A stretch of 60,352 nucleotides of DNA. Source: Patescibacteria group bacterium (GTDB taxonomy: Bacteria > Patescibacteriota > Patescibacteriia > Patescibacteriales > JAQTRU01). Shown in pieces: positions 16,415-25,205 of the stretch. The stretch spans positions 1 through 60,352 of the forward strand of contig JAQUPG010000009.1 in the NCBI GenBank assembly GCA_028716725.1, read 5' to 3'. A program made the position numbers and the translations under genes. The notes under the pieces were generated by a model that saw nothing but the letters and a program-made list of their open reading frames with translations, had not been told where the DNA came from and made no database searches. Each line of letters opens with the position of its first letter. The stretch's first letter is position 1.

Positions 16415-17566
16415 TTAAAGGTACGAAAGAACTTTTTCTCCCATGGCCCGAGTGCCGATAATTTTATCCGAGCACTCGGTGCCGGAAGAAAGGTCGGCTG
16501 TACGCCAGCCATCCCGTAAAACCAGCATGACTGCTTTCTCGATGGCTTCGGCTCCGACCGGAGCACCGATATGCCGAAGCATCAAGGCCGCCGACAGGAT
16601 GCGTCCGAGCGGATTGGCTTTATCCTGACCGGCCAAGCTTGGAGCTGTGCCGGCTCCGCTTTCAAACATAGCCGCTCCGGTATCCGGGTTGATGGCCGAT
16701 GAGCACATCATCCCCATGCTGCCGAGAGCCGCGGCCGCACCGTCGGAAAGAATATCGCCATGTTCATTGCCGCAGGCAATAACGCCATGAAGCTTTTCCG
16801 GAACGAAAAGAAGGGCGTTAGCCGAATCAACAAACTGGTGGCGGAGCGGCACATCCGGAAATTCCCCTCCTATTTTCGTGGCGATTTTTCTCCAGAACTC
16901 ATACCTGGACATAACGTTTGCCTTATCCACGGAAATGAGGGGCAAACCCAATTGCTGGGCATGAATGAAAGCCGCCCTCATATACTTCTCGACGGTTTCC
17001 CGAAAGAAATAAGCAAGGTCGGTTATCATATCCTCGTCGCCAATTACGTCTTTCTTGAGCTTGATGCCGAGCGAAACTCTTATCTCAATGGGGAAAAGAT
17101 CCATCAAATCCAGGTTGCCGAAATAGGTATCCTGGAGAAGAAAACGAATGAAAATCTGCTTTACGACCCAGTCGGGAATGAGTTCCGGCCGCAAAGGCGA
17201 GAGATGCCTGAGCTCGGGATAGAAAATCATGGGCCGGAAATTAAGCAGAAGCGCCATTCTTTTACGAAGGGCAAGCAGGCATCTTGCCTCCGGCTTCATT
17301 TCCGGCTTTTCCCCTCCGATGGTATTGTCGAATGCTGGATCGCCCACGGCCCCGAAAAATATGGTGCCGATCTCAACCGCCCTTTTAAAGGATTGCGGAG
17401 GAAGGGTATCGCCATACTCTTTATAGGCACACCAGCCCATGGGCGTTTCTTCAAAAACGATTTCTACGCCGTCTTTCTTGGCGGCCTCTACGGCAACCGC
17501 GCAGGCAACCGCCATCATTTCCGGGCCGGAACCGTCGCCTCTTACTAAAGCAATAATTTTTTTCAT
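16415..17566 (-). CDS. Isopropylmalate/isocitrate/homoisocitrate dehydrogenase-family protein (LeuB-like)
   Basis: 383 aa. IALVRGDGSGPE N-terminus and a GNEHGDILSD-type loop. An AAGGAG ribosome-binding site precedes the ATG. The gene is GC-rich. Confidence 0.8.
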   Translation of the reverse strand: MKKIIALVRGDGSGPEMMAVACAVAVEAAKKDGVEIVFEETPMGWCAYKEYGDTLPPQSFKRAVEIGTIFFGAVGDPAFDNTIGGEKPEMKPEARCLLALRKRMALLLNFRPMIFYPELRHLSPLRPELIPDWVVKQIFIRFLLQDTYFGNLDLMDLFPIEIRVSLGIKLKKDVIGDEDMITDLAYFFRETVEKYMRAAFIHAQQLGLPLISVDKANVMSRYEFWRKIATKIGGEFPDVPLRHQFVDSANALLFVPEKLHGVIACGNEHGDILSDGAAAALGSMGMMCSSAINPDTGAAMFESGAGTAPSLAGQDKANPLGRILSAALMLRHIGAPVGAEAIEKAVMLVLRDGWRTADLSSGTECSDKIIGTRAMGEKVLSYL

Positions 17567-17588
17567 AACCCTTATTTCTCCTTTTCTG

Positions 17589-19550
17589 TTATATTATTCC
17601 TGCCTCTTCCATCTGCAGCCGGGCGGCGAGTTTGAGCATAACGCCGACACTGCCGCCGTTTCTGATAAGACTTTTTTGGAAATCGGAAACTTCAAAAACA
17701 GCAGATCGATCATTGCCCCACCTTACAACCCCCTCTTCCCAGTCAACCGAAATCTCTTCCGGCAATTCCAGAAAGAGAAGTTCAATTGTTTCCGGCGGGA
17801 GGATGATGCAAAGGAGTCCATTGGCGAACATATTGTTTTCAAAGATCCGCGCAAAGCTAGAAGCAATAACGCACCTTATGCCCGCGGCTTCCAAAGCCCA
17901 CGGCGCATGTTCCCTTGAAGAACCGCAGCCGAAATTTTCGCCAGCCACGATTATCCGGGAAGAGAAAAGTTTCGGCCTATCTTCTGGAGGAATTGGAGCG
18001 TCCTCCATACAATGTTTGCCGAAACTACTTTTTGCCGTTTCCGTCAGATACTTGGCCGGAATAATCTGATCGGTATCAATGTTGGGAACCGGAAAATAAA
18101 AAACCTTACCTGAAAAATCTTTTCCCTTTCCTCCTCCGGCCCGGTTTGAAAGTTTCACATAATCCGGCCTTACTGATTCTCCCTTCTTCCAACCGGTCGG
18201 CTGAACCTCCGTGGTTCCAGCAAGGATTTCTTCCTCTTTGCAATCGCCGAGAACAATCCCGCATATTTCATCGCCCGGCTCAGTAATCCTGCCTTTGATG
18301 GCGGTTAAAGCCGCTGTGGCCGGTGAAGCCAGATGCACTATACCGTCCTTACCCATGCGACCGGGAAAATTGCGGTTTGTGGTGGAAACGCAAACCTCTC
18401 CCGGAGCGATAACGCCGCAACTCATACCCAGGCAGGCGCCGCAAGTCGGCCCGCTTACGAAGCATCCGGCTTTTACGAATGTCTCAATCAGGCCTTCCTG
18501 AACCGCTCTCTTAAAAATATGCTGGGTGGCCGGAACGATAATACAGCGGGTGCCGGCTGCGACTTTTGCGCCCGTCTGGCGGAAGATACCGGCTGCAATC
18601 CGCAAATCTTCAATCCGACCGTTGGTGCAGGAGCCGATATAGACTTGGTCAACCGGCTTGCCGGTAAGACTGGCAACCGCTACAACTTCCCCCGGCGAAT
18701 AGTTGTCAGTCATGACCGGAACCATATCGGAAACGTCGATTTCAATCACCTGGTTATACTCGGCATAAGAATCGCTGTTCCAGGCGCGTAATTCCTGGCA
18801 CGCCTCTGCCTCCTTGGCGTATTCCCCTTTAAGGGCCGGCCAGAGGTAAGAAACGGTCGTGCCGTCAACCAGCATCATGCCTGACGTGGCTCCAGCTTCA
18901 ACCGCCATATTGGTTATTGTCATCCGGCCTTCCATGCTCATTGCGGAAATAACCGGACCGCCGAATTCCAAAACCGCGTTGGTCGCGCCTTTGACGCCGA
19001 TCTTGTTTATAAGCGCCAAAATAAGATCCTTGGCAAAAACATTTGCCGGCAAGTCGCCGGCGAAAATCACGCGGATGACTTTCTGCGGCGGACAGACCCA
19101 GAGACCGGTAATAATTCCTGTTTCCAGTTCTGTCGTGCCGACGCCGGCCGTGAAAGCGCAAAAAGCACTGTGCGTACAGGTGTGGCTGTCACCCATAATT
19201 CCGATCTGACCGGGAAGTATCCATCCCTTTTCCGGAATGACCGCATGGCAGATGCCATTGCGCCCGACATCAAGGAATTCAATGCCATGCGCCTGGCTCC
19301 AGATGCGGACGATCTTTCCCTGAATAGCCGAAGCCGTGTCCTTGGCCGGATTGACGTGGTCAATCATTGTTTTGACTTTGTTCGTATCAAATACCACGTC
19401 ACATTCCCGACTGCGCATGTCAATAATTGCATTCGGAGTGGTAATCTCGTGACCCCACACCCAGTCCAGATTTAATACGTAGCTTCCGTCAGGAAGCGTT
19501 GTCGCCAAATGGGCGTCAACGATTTTCCGAAAAGCTGTTTTTCCTGCCAT
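17589..19550 (-). CDS. Fused aconitase-family dehydratase, large plus small subunit (LeuC-LeuD-like)
   Basis: 653 aa. The LeuC-like part has GDSHT and the Fe-S cysteines ([16 protein letters not shown]). The C-terminal ~180 aa are LeuD-like ([17 protein letters not shown]). An AAGGAGG ribosome-binding site is present. Confidence 0.85.
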   Translation of the reverse strand: MAGKTAFRKIVDAHLATTLPDGSYVLNLDWVWGHEITTPNAIIDMRSRECDVVFDTNKVKTMIDHVNPAKDTASAIQGKIVRIWSQAHGIEFLDVGRNGICHAVIPEKGWILPGQIGIMGDSHTCTHSAFCAFTAGVGTTELETGIITGLWVCPPQKVIRVIFAGDLPANVFAKDLILALINKIGVKGATNAVLEFGGPVISAMSMEGRMTITNMAVEAGATSGMMLVDGTTVSYLWPALKGEYAKEAEACQELRAWNSDSYAEYNQVIEIDVSDMVPVMTDNYSPGEVVAVASLTGKPVDQVYIGSCTNGRIEDLRIAAGIFRQTGAKVAAGTRCIIVPATQHIFKRAVQEGLIETFVKAGCFVSGPTCGACLGMSCGVIAPGEVCVSTTNRNFPGRMGKDGIVHLASPATAALTAIKGRITEPGDEICGIVLGDCKEEEILAGTTEVQPTGWKKGESVRPDYVKLSNRAGGGKGKDFSGKVFYFPVPNIDTDQIIPAKYLTETAKSSFGKHCMEDAPIPPEDRPKLFSSRIIVAGENFGCGSSREHAPWALEAAGIRCVIASSFARIFENNMFANGLLCIILPPETIELLFLELPEEISVDWEEGVVRWGNDRSAVFEVSDFQKSLIRNGGSVGVMLKLAARLQMEEAGII

Positions 19551-19714
19551 TTTCTTGCCTCCTTTTCTGTGAGTTAACTGAATTTTTTGTTACCTTAATT
19601 ATTATTTTTTTGTTAAAGTTCAATATACTATAAAAGCATAAATATTCCGTCTAGTCAACAAGAAAAAAGACGAAACCGAAAAGTCCCGCCTTTCTTCTCT
19701 TTGCTTAGAAAATT

Positions 19715-21925
19715 TCAGGGCGATAGAAATTGGCTTATTTTTGTAGAAGTAATGTCGCCGAAATTCTCAAAATTTTTCAGCCGTACGTGCGAACCGATAA
19801 CTTTCCCGTATACCTGCATATATAATTCGTCAATGAAAATATCCGGGTTAGAAGAAATTATTTTAACCACGGCGTTGGAAAAATCGTCAGCCAGCCAAGA
19901 TTTCTGCTGCGTATCATAACCGATGGCGAAAGACTGTTCATTTTTAGCCGCGCCGGTTAGATAAACAACGCCCGGCGTCTTAAGATTTAAAGCCATGCTT
20001 TCCCCGAAGCAAACTTCCACCATAACGAACAATTGCCGGTATTTATTCTCTTCATACATTTTATTCACCACGTTTAAAAAAGATTCTTCCATAAACTTTT
20101 CATCGTTGATAAAAGGAATGTAGCCGCGCGCCCCATGGTCAACGATATACAAAAAGACATCCGTATTCTCGTCCGCTTCCAGCACGGTCGGTGTTTCCTC
20201 GGTCTTTTGGCCCAGCATGACATTAATAAAATTTTTAATAGTTACCTGGTTACCGGCATAGTCAATAACCGCATCCTTCCTAATGTTCTGACCGCGAGGA
20301 ACATGCCTTACTACTCCTGGCAAAGGATTTCCTTTATTATAGGGAATATCATCGGCGGAAAAGAATATGATATCATCATCACTTAAACCATTCTTCTTAA
20401 GCATCTGATACATAGTCAGGGCATCCGCCTGATGGCGGTAATTATCCCAGCCGTTGCTGGTGGCGATTATCACGGCTTTTAGCCCCTTTCTTTCCTTGGG
20501 AAAATATTTTATGTCTCCCGCCGTTATATCTTCCCGATTACTGACGGCCGCTTTAGTATTATAAGCGGAAGCTTCTTCTTCCAAATAGCCGACCTCGCTT
20601 GATTTGTCCGAACTGACCGTGTCAATTGTCCAAAAATCCCTTAAGCCGCCACGGCTTTCAATCCGGTTAAAAGAATAATAAGTTTCCACCGGATCTACTC
20701 CCATGCTTTTGTCAAATTCCAGGGGTCCGGAAGCGCCAGTAATATCCGGCAAGTTTCCGGCTAGAATCTCGGCTATGGCGCGGGAAGGATCCTGCCAGCT
20801 TATTTTTTCTCCCCGGCCGCCGACGACCCTGGCCAGGGCCTCTCCTGAATTCTCCCTTTTCCAAAACGTTAAACCTTGCTGGGTGTATTCCTGGCGAGCT
20901 AAAGTATACGCCGTCAATAGAAAAGCGTCGTAAGTGCTGGCGGAAAAATCCCAGGGAGTATAACCGAAATTTTTCTCATATTCCTCGGTAAAACCAGTTG
21001 TCGGGTCTGCCGCCGGGGAAACAAGTTCAATGCCCTCCGCTTTCTGGCCCAGTTCATCAATAATATAATTGCTTTCAGCCGCATCGGTTAAAAAAAGTTT
21101 GGTTTTCGGGCTCTGCTTGTCCAATTCTCTTTTAATTTCAACCGCATCCTCGGCAAAAGCCACGCCGATAACATATTCGGGGTCATCGGCTAAAGTGTAG
21201 TGCACGGCCTCGGCCAAATCCATCTGTTGATTGCTTTTAAAACTAACCGTATTTAAAAGTTCCACCCCTTCTTCAATGGCGAAAAAGCCGGCCCAGTCAA
21301 GAAAAGTCTTGCCGTAAGGCCCGTCATCATAAAGCAAAGCGATTTTTTTCACTTTCCTTTGGGCTAACTCATGAATAATCATCCTGATTTGCGCTACATC
21401 TCCCTGGCAGGTTCGCCAAAAAAATTCCTTATTGCCAAAAGCGCGGTAGAGGTCACCGGCCGTAGCCGTGGGAGAAATTAGAAGTTTTTTGTTTTCTATA
21501 AAAAGGGGGGCGATATCATATACTTCCAAGCTTGTTTCCGGCCCGATGACCGCTTTTATTGATTTATCCTTAATAAATTCCTGCGCCAAATTTTTTATAT
21601 CCTGACCGTTTTGTTCAGCTTTATAAATATCTTTAAAAACTAACTCTATTTTATGGCCATTTATCCCGCCATTCTTATTAATGCGATCGGCGGCCCAGGA
21701 AAGAACGTCATCCGAATTAATTGCATCCGGACCGGTTAGAGAAAGTAAAACGCCCACTCGATAAGGTTGATTTTTGCCGCTAGCTAAAAAAAACCAAACA
21801 ATAACAGCAAAAACCACTATTACTACCACTATAATCATTAAAGCCTTCTTTAAATCGATTTTTTTAAAAATTGTCTTTTTTATAATTCTTTTTCTCATGA
21901 CTAAAAATTGATTATAAATAAACAA
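19715..21925 (-). CDS. Membrane-anchored fusion of a type-1 periplasmic solute-binding domain (LivK/ANF-receptor-like) and a legumain-type C13 cysteine peptidase
   Basis: The N-terminal half resembles Leu/Ile/Val-binding proteins (YRVGVLLSLTGP...INGHKIELVFKD...). The C-terminal half aligns to legumain: SNGWDNYRHQAD, catalytic His in IVDHGARG, and catalytic Cys in VMVEVCFGESM. An alternative start is at 21898 (MRKRII). Confidence 0.75.
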   Translation of the reverse strand: MFIYNQFLVMRKRIIKKTIFKKIDLKKALMIIVVVIVVFAVIVWFFLASGKNQPYRVGVLLSLTGPDAINSDDVLSWAADRINKNGGINGHKIELVFKDIYKAEQNGQDIKNLAQEFIKDKSIKAVIGPETSLEVYDIAPLFIENKKLLISPTATAGDLYRAFGNKEFFWRTCQGDVAQIRMIIHELAQRKVKKIALLYDDGPYGKTFLDWAGFFAIEEGVELLNTVSFKSNQQMDLAEAVHYTLADDPEYVIGVAFAEDAVEIKRELDKQSPKTKLFLTDAAESNYIIDELGQKAEGIELVSPAADPTTGFTEEYEKNFGYTPWDFSASTYDAFLLTAYTLARQEYTQQGLTFWKRENSGEALARVVGGRGEKISWQDPSRAIAEILAGNLPDITGASGPLEFDKSMGVDPVETYYSFNRIESRGGLRDFWTIDTVSSDKSSEVGYLEEEASAYNTKAAVSNREDITAGDIKYFPKERKGLKAVIIATSNGWDNYRHQADALTMYQMLKKNGLSDDDIIFFSADDIPYNKGNPLPGVVRHVPRGQNIRKDAVIDYAGNQVTIKNFINVMLGQKTEETPTVLEADENTDVFLYIVDHGARGYIPFINDEKFMEESFLNVVNKMYEENKYRQLFVMVEVCFGESMALNLKTPGVVYLTGAAKNEQSFAIGYDTQQKSWLADDFSNAVVKIISSNPDIFIDELYMQVYGKVIGSHVRLKNFENFGDITSTKISQFLSP

Positions 21926-21951
21926 CCGCCCGCCCGCTAAGGGGCGGGCGG
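21915..21951 (-). terminator. Intrinsic terminator after the Cys-rich peptide gene
   Basis: 10-bp GC stem ccgcccgccc/gggcgggcgg followed by ttgtttattt on the minus strand. Confidence 0.75.
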
Positions 21952-22006
21952 AAGCCCTAATTGTATTCTTTAAAGATTACAAAAGCCGTTTTTACTTTAA
22001 AAACTA

Positions 22007-22171
22007 CTAGGCATCGCAACTGCAACCGCTCCAATCGCAACTGCAATGGATATTACCCGGAGCCTGCAATGATTTGACCATGTTTGACTGTTTTGTGTAC
22101 CAATAGATGTTTAAAATAACGGAAATTACCAAAACTATAATCAAAACAATCATGGTATTTTTACTCTTCAT
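22007..22171 (-). CDS. Small (54 aa) membrane-anchored Cys-rich peptide, not in the ORF track
   Basis: GGAGGTGAGGC-ATG precedes MKSKNTMIVLIIVLVISVILNIYWYTKQSNMVKSLQAPGNIHCSCDWSGCSCDA*. A 10-bp GC hairpin terminator follows at 21915-21951. Confidence 0.45.
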   Translation of the reverse strand: MKSKNTMIVLIIVLVISVILNIYWYTKQSNMVKSLQAPGNIHCSCDWSGCSCDA

Positions 22172-22335
22172 GCCTCACCTCCTTTCTTTAGTTTTTTTAA
22201 TTAATATATATTTCTACTTATCCACCCTATTTATATCATACCATAAATTCTCCGTTATGCCTATGGCTTATGTCAAAAAACAAAAAAAGAGGACTCAAGC
22301 AGCAGACTACGGCTGGAATACTTCAATTATTTCCC

Positions 22336-22363
22336 CTTGACATTATTCTCCCTTATGGTAAGA
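22336..22363 (+). promoter_or_regulatory. Promoter, TTGACA-N16-TAAGAT
   Basis: TTGACAttattctcccttatggTAAGAT, upstream of the cassette and AbrB-like gene. Confidence 0.55.
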
Positions 22364-22401
22364 TGAGTAAGAAATATCTTAATTTATAATTATAAAAAAT
22401 A

Positions 22402-22553
22402 TTCACCCCGTTAGAAATTTGGTCGGATAGGAAGAGTAATAAAATTTTAATGGGGGAAGAGATATTCAAGGGCAAAAATATTATGGAGAAAGAAAGAAAA
22501 AAAATTTCTAACCCCGTTAGAAATAAATTTCTAAGCGGGGCTAACGGGGTGAA
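22402..22553 (+). repeat. Inverted-repeat-bounded cassette, copy E1 (in the leader / N-terminal extension of the AbrB-like gene)
   Basis: TTCACCCCGTTAGAAATTTGG ... AAATATT-ATG-GAGAAA ... ATTTCTAAC-CCC-GTTAGAAAT ... CTAACGGGGTGAA. It shares exact 16-17-nt stretches with E2. Confidence 0.8.
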
Positions 22554-22590
22554 AAAAGGAATTTGTAAAAGAAAAACTAAATATTTCGGA

Positions 22591-22764
22591 ATGATAACGG
22601 TTACGGACAAAGGCCAAATCGCTATTCCCGCCGAACTAAGGAAGGAATACGCCATCGAAAAGGGAGATAAATTAATTATTGTCAGAAGAAACGATAATAA
22701 GGGCTTTAACCTTTTAAAGAGCGAGGTTATTAAGGATTTCATAGAAAAAATCTCTAGGGATTAA
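22591..22764 (+). CDS. AbrB/SpoVT-family DNA-binding protein (start uncertain; the ORF is open from 22450)
   Basis: MITVTDKGQIAIPAELRKEYAIEKGDKLIIV is a swapped-hairpin AbrB/MazE-type motif. The upstream in-frame methionines at 22450 and 22483 lie inside the repeat cassette. Confidence 0.6.
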   Translation: MITVTDKGQIAIPAELRKEYAIEKGDKLIIVRRNDNKGFNLLKSEVIKDFIEKISRD

Positions 22765-22782
22765 TAATTAAAACATAAAACT

Positions 22783-22971
22783 ATGTCCGATGATGTTCAA
22801 TACCGGGCCAGCTGGCCCGAGGAGAAAACGCAATGCCGGAACTGCAAAAGCTATCAGGCGAAAAATAACCAGCACGCCTGCGTGCCAGCCGACAAAACTT
22901 TTGAAGAAGCGATTGCCGAATACGGTGAAGTCAATCCTACCGGCCACTGTAATTATTTCCAGGCCAAATGA
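22783..22971 (+). CDS. Small four-Cys protein, HiPIP-like
   Basis: 62 aa. QCRNCKSYQA...ACVPAD...GEVNPTGHCNYF parallels the HiPIP pattern HCANCQFMQA...GCQLF...VNGWCASW. A terminator hairpin follows. Confidence 0.4.
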   Translation: MSDDVQYRASWPEEKTQCRNCKSYQAKNNQHACVPADKTFEEAIAEYGEVNPTGHCNYFQAK

Positions 22972-23025
22972 CAACGAACAGAAAAAGAGCCGAGAGGCTC
23001 TTTTTTGAACAGATTGGGAAAAATA

Positions 23026-23054
23026 TTGACATTTTTTTGTAAATATAGTATTAA
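23026..23054 (+). promoter_or_regulatory. typA promoter, TTGACA-N17-TATTAA
   Basis: TTGACAtttttttgtaaatatagTATTAA, about 60 nt upstream of the typA ATG. Confidence 0.6.
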
Positions 23055-23111
23055 TATAAGTAAGATATAAAACTTTCAGCCCGCTTTCTGGGAAAGCGGT
23101 TTTAATTTTTT

Positions 23112-24914
23112 ATGGAAATAAGGAATATCGCCATTATCGCCCACGTTGACCACGGCAAAACCGCTTTAACCGACGCCTTGATGCGCCAAACCGGTATGGC
23201 GGAAGAAGGAGTAAGCATGGACAGCAACGATTTGGAAAAAGAACGGGGCATAACAATCTATTCAAAAAACACTTCTGTTTATTTTAAAAATACTAAAATA
23301 AACATCGTGGATACGCCCGGACACGCCGACTTCGGTTCTGAAGTTGAGCGGGTTTTGCGTTCCATTGATTCCGTAATTTTGGTGGTTGACGCCCAGGAAG
23401 GGCCGATGCCCCAGACAAAATTTGTTTTAAAGAAATCTTTGGAGCTTGGCTTAAGGCCGATTGTCGTTTTAAATAAGATAGACAAACCGGCCGCCCGCCC
23501 CGAGGAAGCGCACGAAATGGTTTATGAGCTGTTTCTTGACCTTGGCGCCAATGACCAGCAGCTAAATTTTTCCACTATCTACACTATTGCCCGCGAAGGC
23601 ATTGCCAAGAAAAAATTAGAGGATACTTCAAAGGATTTAACTCCTCTCCTGGAAACCATTCTGGAAAAAGTCCACCCGGCTTCAAGCGAAACCGCGAGTA
23701 AAAAACCTCTGCGCGCCCAGCCCTTTAATCTCGCTTATGATAATTTTCTCGGCCGCTTAGCCATTGCCAGGATTTATGAGGGGAAAATTTCCGCCGCCCA
23801 GAATGTCATTGTAAAAAACGCCAAAGGCGAAGCCAGAAAAGGAAAAATAACTAAATTATTTACCTTTGAGGGTTTAAACAGAAAAGAAGTTCTCCAAGCG
23901 GAAGCCGGAGATATTGTTATGTTTGCCGGCCTGCCTGATATCTTTATCGGGGAAACGGTCTGCGAGAACGAAAGCCAGGAAGCCCTGCCGGCCATAAATA
24001 TAGATGAGCCGACAATTTCCCTTAATTTCCTGGTTAACAATTCCCCTTTTGCCGGCCGGGAAGGAAAATTCGTGACCAACCGCCAGATTAAAGAAAGGCT
24101 GGAAAAAGAGCTTGAGGTTAATGTCGGCCTGAAAATTGATTTCTCTCCTTCCGATTATTGTAAAGTTTACGGCCGGGGAGAGATGCACGTCGCTATTCTT
24201 TTGGAAAATATGCGCCGGGAAGGATACGAGCTGCAAATTTCCCAGCCGCACGTCATTATAAAAGAAGAAGGCGGCGTGAAGATGGAGCCTTTTGAGGAAG
24301 CGACCGTGATTGTTCCGGAGGCCATGTCGGGAACGGTTATAGAAAAAATGTCAAAACGCCGGGGTATTATGGTTGAGATGAAGCCGGAACATGGAAATAT
24401 AAAAATAATTTTTGAGATCCCGACCCGCGGCCTCTTGGGCTATCGCAGCGATTTTGTGGTTGATACGCGCGGCGAAGGCATATTGTACGCCCGCGTTATC
24501 GGCTTCAGGCCTTATGCCGGCAAAATTGAAAAAAGCGAAGTCGGTTCCATGGTTTCCATGGCTACGGGCAAAGCTTTGGGCTTTTCTCTTTATAACTTGC
24601 AAAATCGCGGGACTCTCTACATCAAAGCCAATACTGAAGTTTATGAAGGCATGGTCGTCGGCAATGTCGCCAAAGGCAATGACTTAAACGTCAATCCGAT
24701 AAAAGGAAAGCATTTAACAAATATGCGGGCGTCCGGAGCCGATGAGGCCATCCGCCTGACTCCGCCCCTTGAATTAGATTTGGAAAGAGGTATGAGCATA
24801 ATGAATAATGACGAATACCTGGAAATCACTCCCAAAAGCATCCGCTTAAGGAAAAAACATTTAAAAGAAATAGAAAGAACCAGAGCGACTAGAAAAGAAA
24901 CAAAGGGAAAATGA
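23112..24914 (+). CDS. typA: Translational GTPase TypA/BipA
   Basis: [25 protein letters not shown] and NKID G-motifs, with full BipA length (600 aa). Confidence 0.95.
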   Translation: MEIRNIAIIAHVDHGKTALTDALMRQTGMAEEGVSMDSNDLEKERGITIYSKNTSVYFKNTKINIVDTPGHADFGSEVERVLRSIDSVILVVDAQEGPMPQTKFVLKKSLELGLRPIVVLNKIDKPAARPEEAHEMVYELFLDLGANDQQLNFSTIYTIAREGIAKKKLEDTSKDLTPLLETILEKVHPASSETASKKPLRAQPFNLAYDNFLGRLAIARIYEGKISAAQNVIVKNAKGEARKGKITKLFTFEGLNRKEVLQAEAGDIVMFAGLPDIFIGETVCENESQEALPAINIDEPTISLNFLVNNSPFAGREGKFVTNRQIKERLEKELEVNVGLKIDFSPSDYCKVYGRGEMHVAILLENMRREGYELQISQPHVIIKEEGGVKMEPFEEATVIVPEAMSGTVIEKMSKRRGIMVEMKPEHGNIKIIFEIPTRGLLGYRSDFVVDTRGEGILYARVIGFRPYAGKIEKSEVGSMVSMATGKALGFSLYNLQNRGTLYIKANTEVYEGMVVGNVAKGNDLNVNPIKGKHLTNMRASGADEAIRLTPPLELDLERGMSIMNNDEYLEITPKSIRLRKKHLKEIERTRATRKETKGK

Positions 24915-24917
24915 AAA

Positions 24918-24945
24918 ATACCGGCCTTTACCGGTATTTTTATTT
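24918..24945 (+). terminator. typA terminator
   Basis: Stem ataccgg/ccggtat followed by ttttatttg. Confidence 0.7.
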
Positions 24946-24946
24946 G

Positions 24947-25017
24947 CTCGGGGACAGGGATTCGAACCCCGATTGACTGGACCAAAACCAGCTGTCCTAC
25001 CATTAGACGATCCCCGA
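24947..25017 (-). tRNA. tRNA-Gln (anticodon UUG)
   Basis: The reverse complement folds as a cloverleaf. The acceptor stem is TCGGGGA/TCCCCGA, the anticodon loop is TTTTGGT (anticodon TTG), and the T-loop is the canonical TTCGAAT. Confidence 0.85.
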
Positions 25018-25205
25018 TCGTATCACGCCGTAGCTTTAGCGAAGGCGAAATTTAAAAACCACCTTAACGGCGGTTAATTTTATAATAATACAAAATTACT
25101 TAAAAGTAAAGTTTTGCACAATTAACTCTATGATTTTATTAAAGTAAATTAGTACTAATCCGTACCCGTTTTAAAAATACTGGTTTTAATATATAATTGA
25201 CTTAT

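Noticed and set aside
16312-16566. An 84-aa minus-strand ORF overlapping the 3' end of the LeuB-like gene.
   Set aside because: It overlaps a well-supported gene in another frame and extends into the repeat cassette. There is no ribosome-binding site.
16760-17548. A 262-aa plus-strand ORF.
   Set aside because: It lies antisense to the LeuB-like gene. GC-rich genes often carry long spurious antisense ORFs, and the minus-strand product has clear family motifs and a ribosome-binding site.
19551-19714. T-box or other riboswitch upstream of the LeuCD-like operon.
   Set aside because: No T-box sequence or specifier-loop architecture is visible. The region is AT-rich with only a weak promoter-like match.
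22353-22742. A 129-aa minus-strand ORF.
   Set aside because: It is a low-complexity Leu/Phe/Ser-rich product that overlaps cassette E1 and the AbrB-like gene. The plus strand has a promoter and a recognisable AbrB motif.
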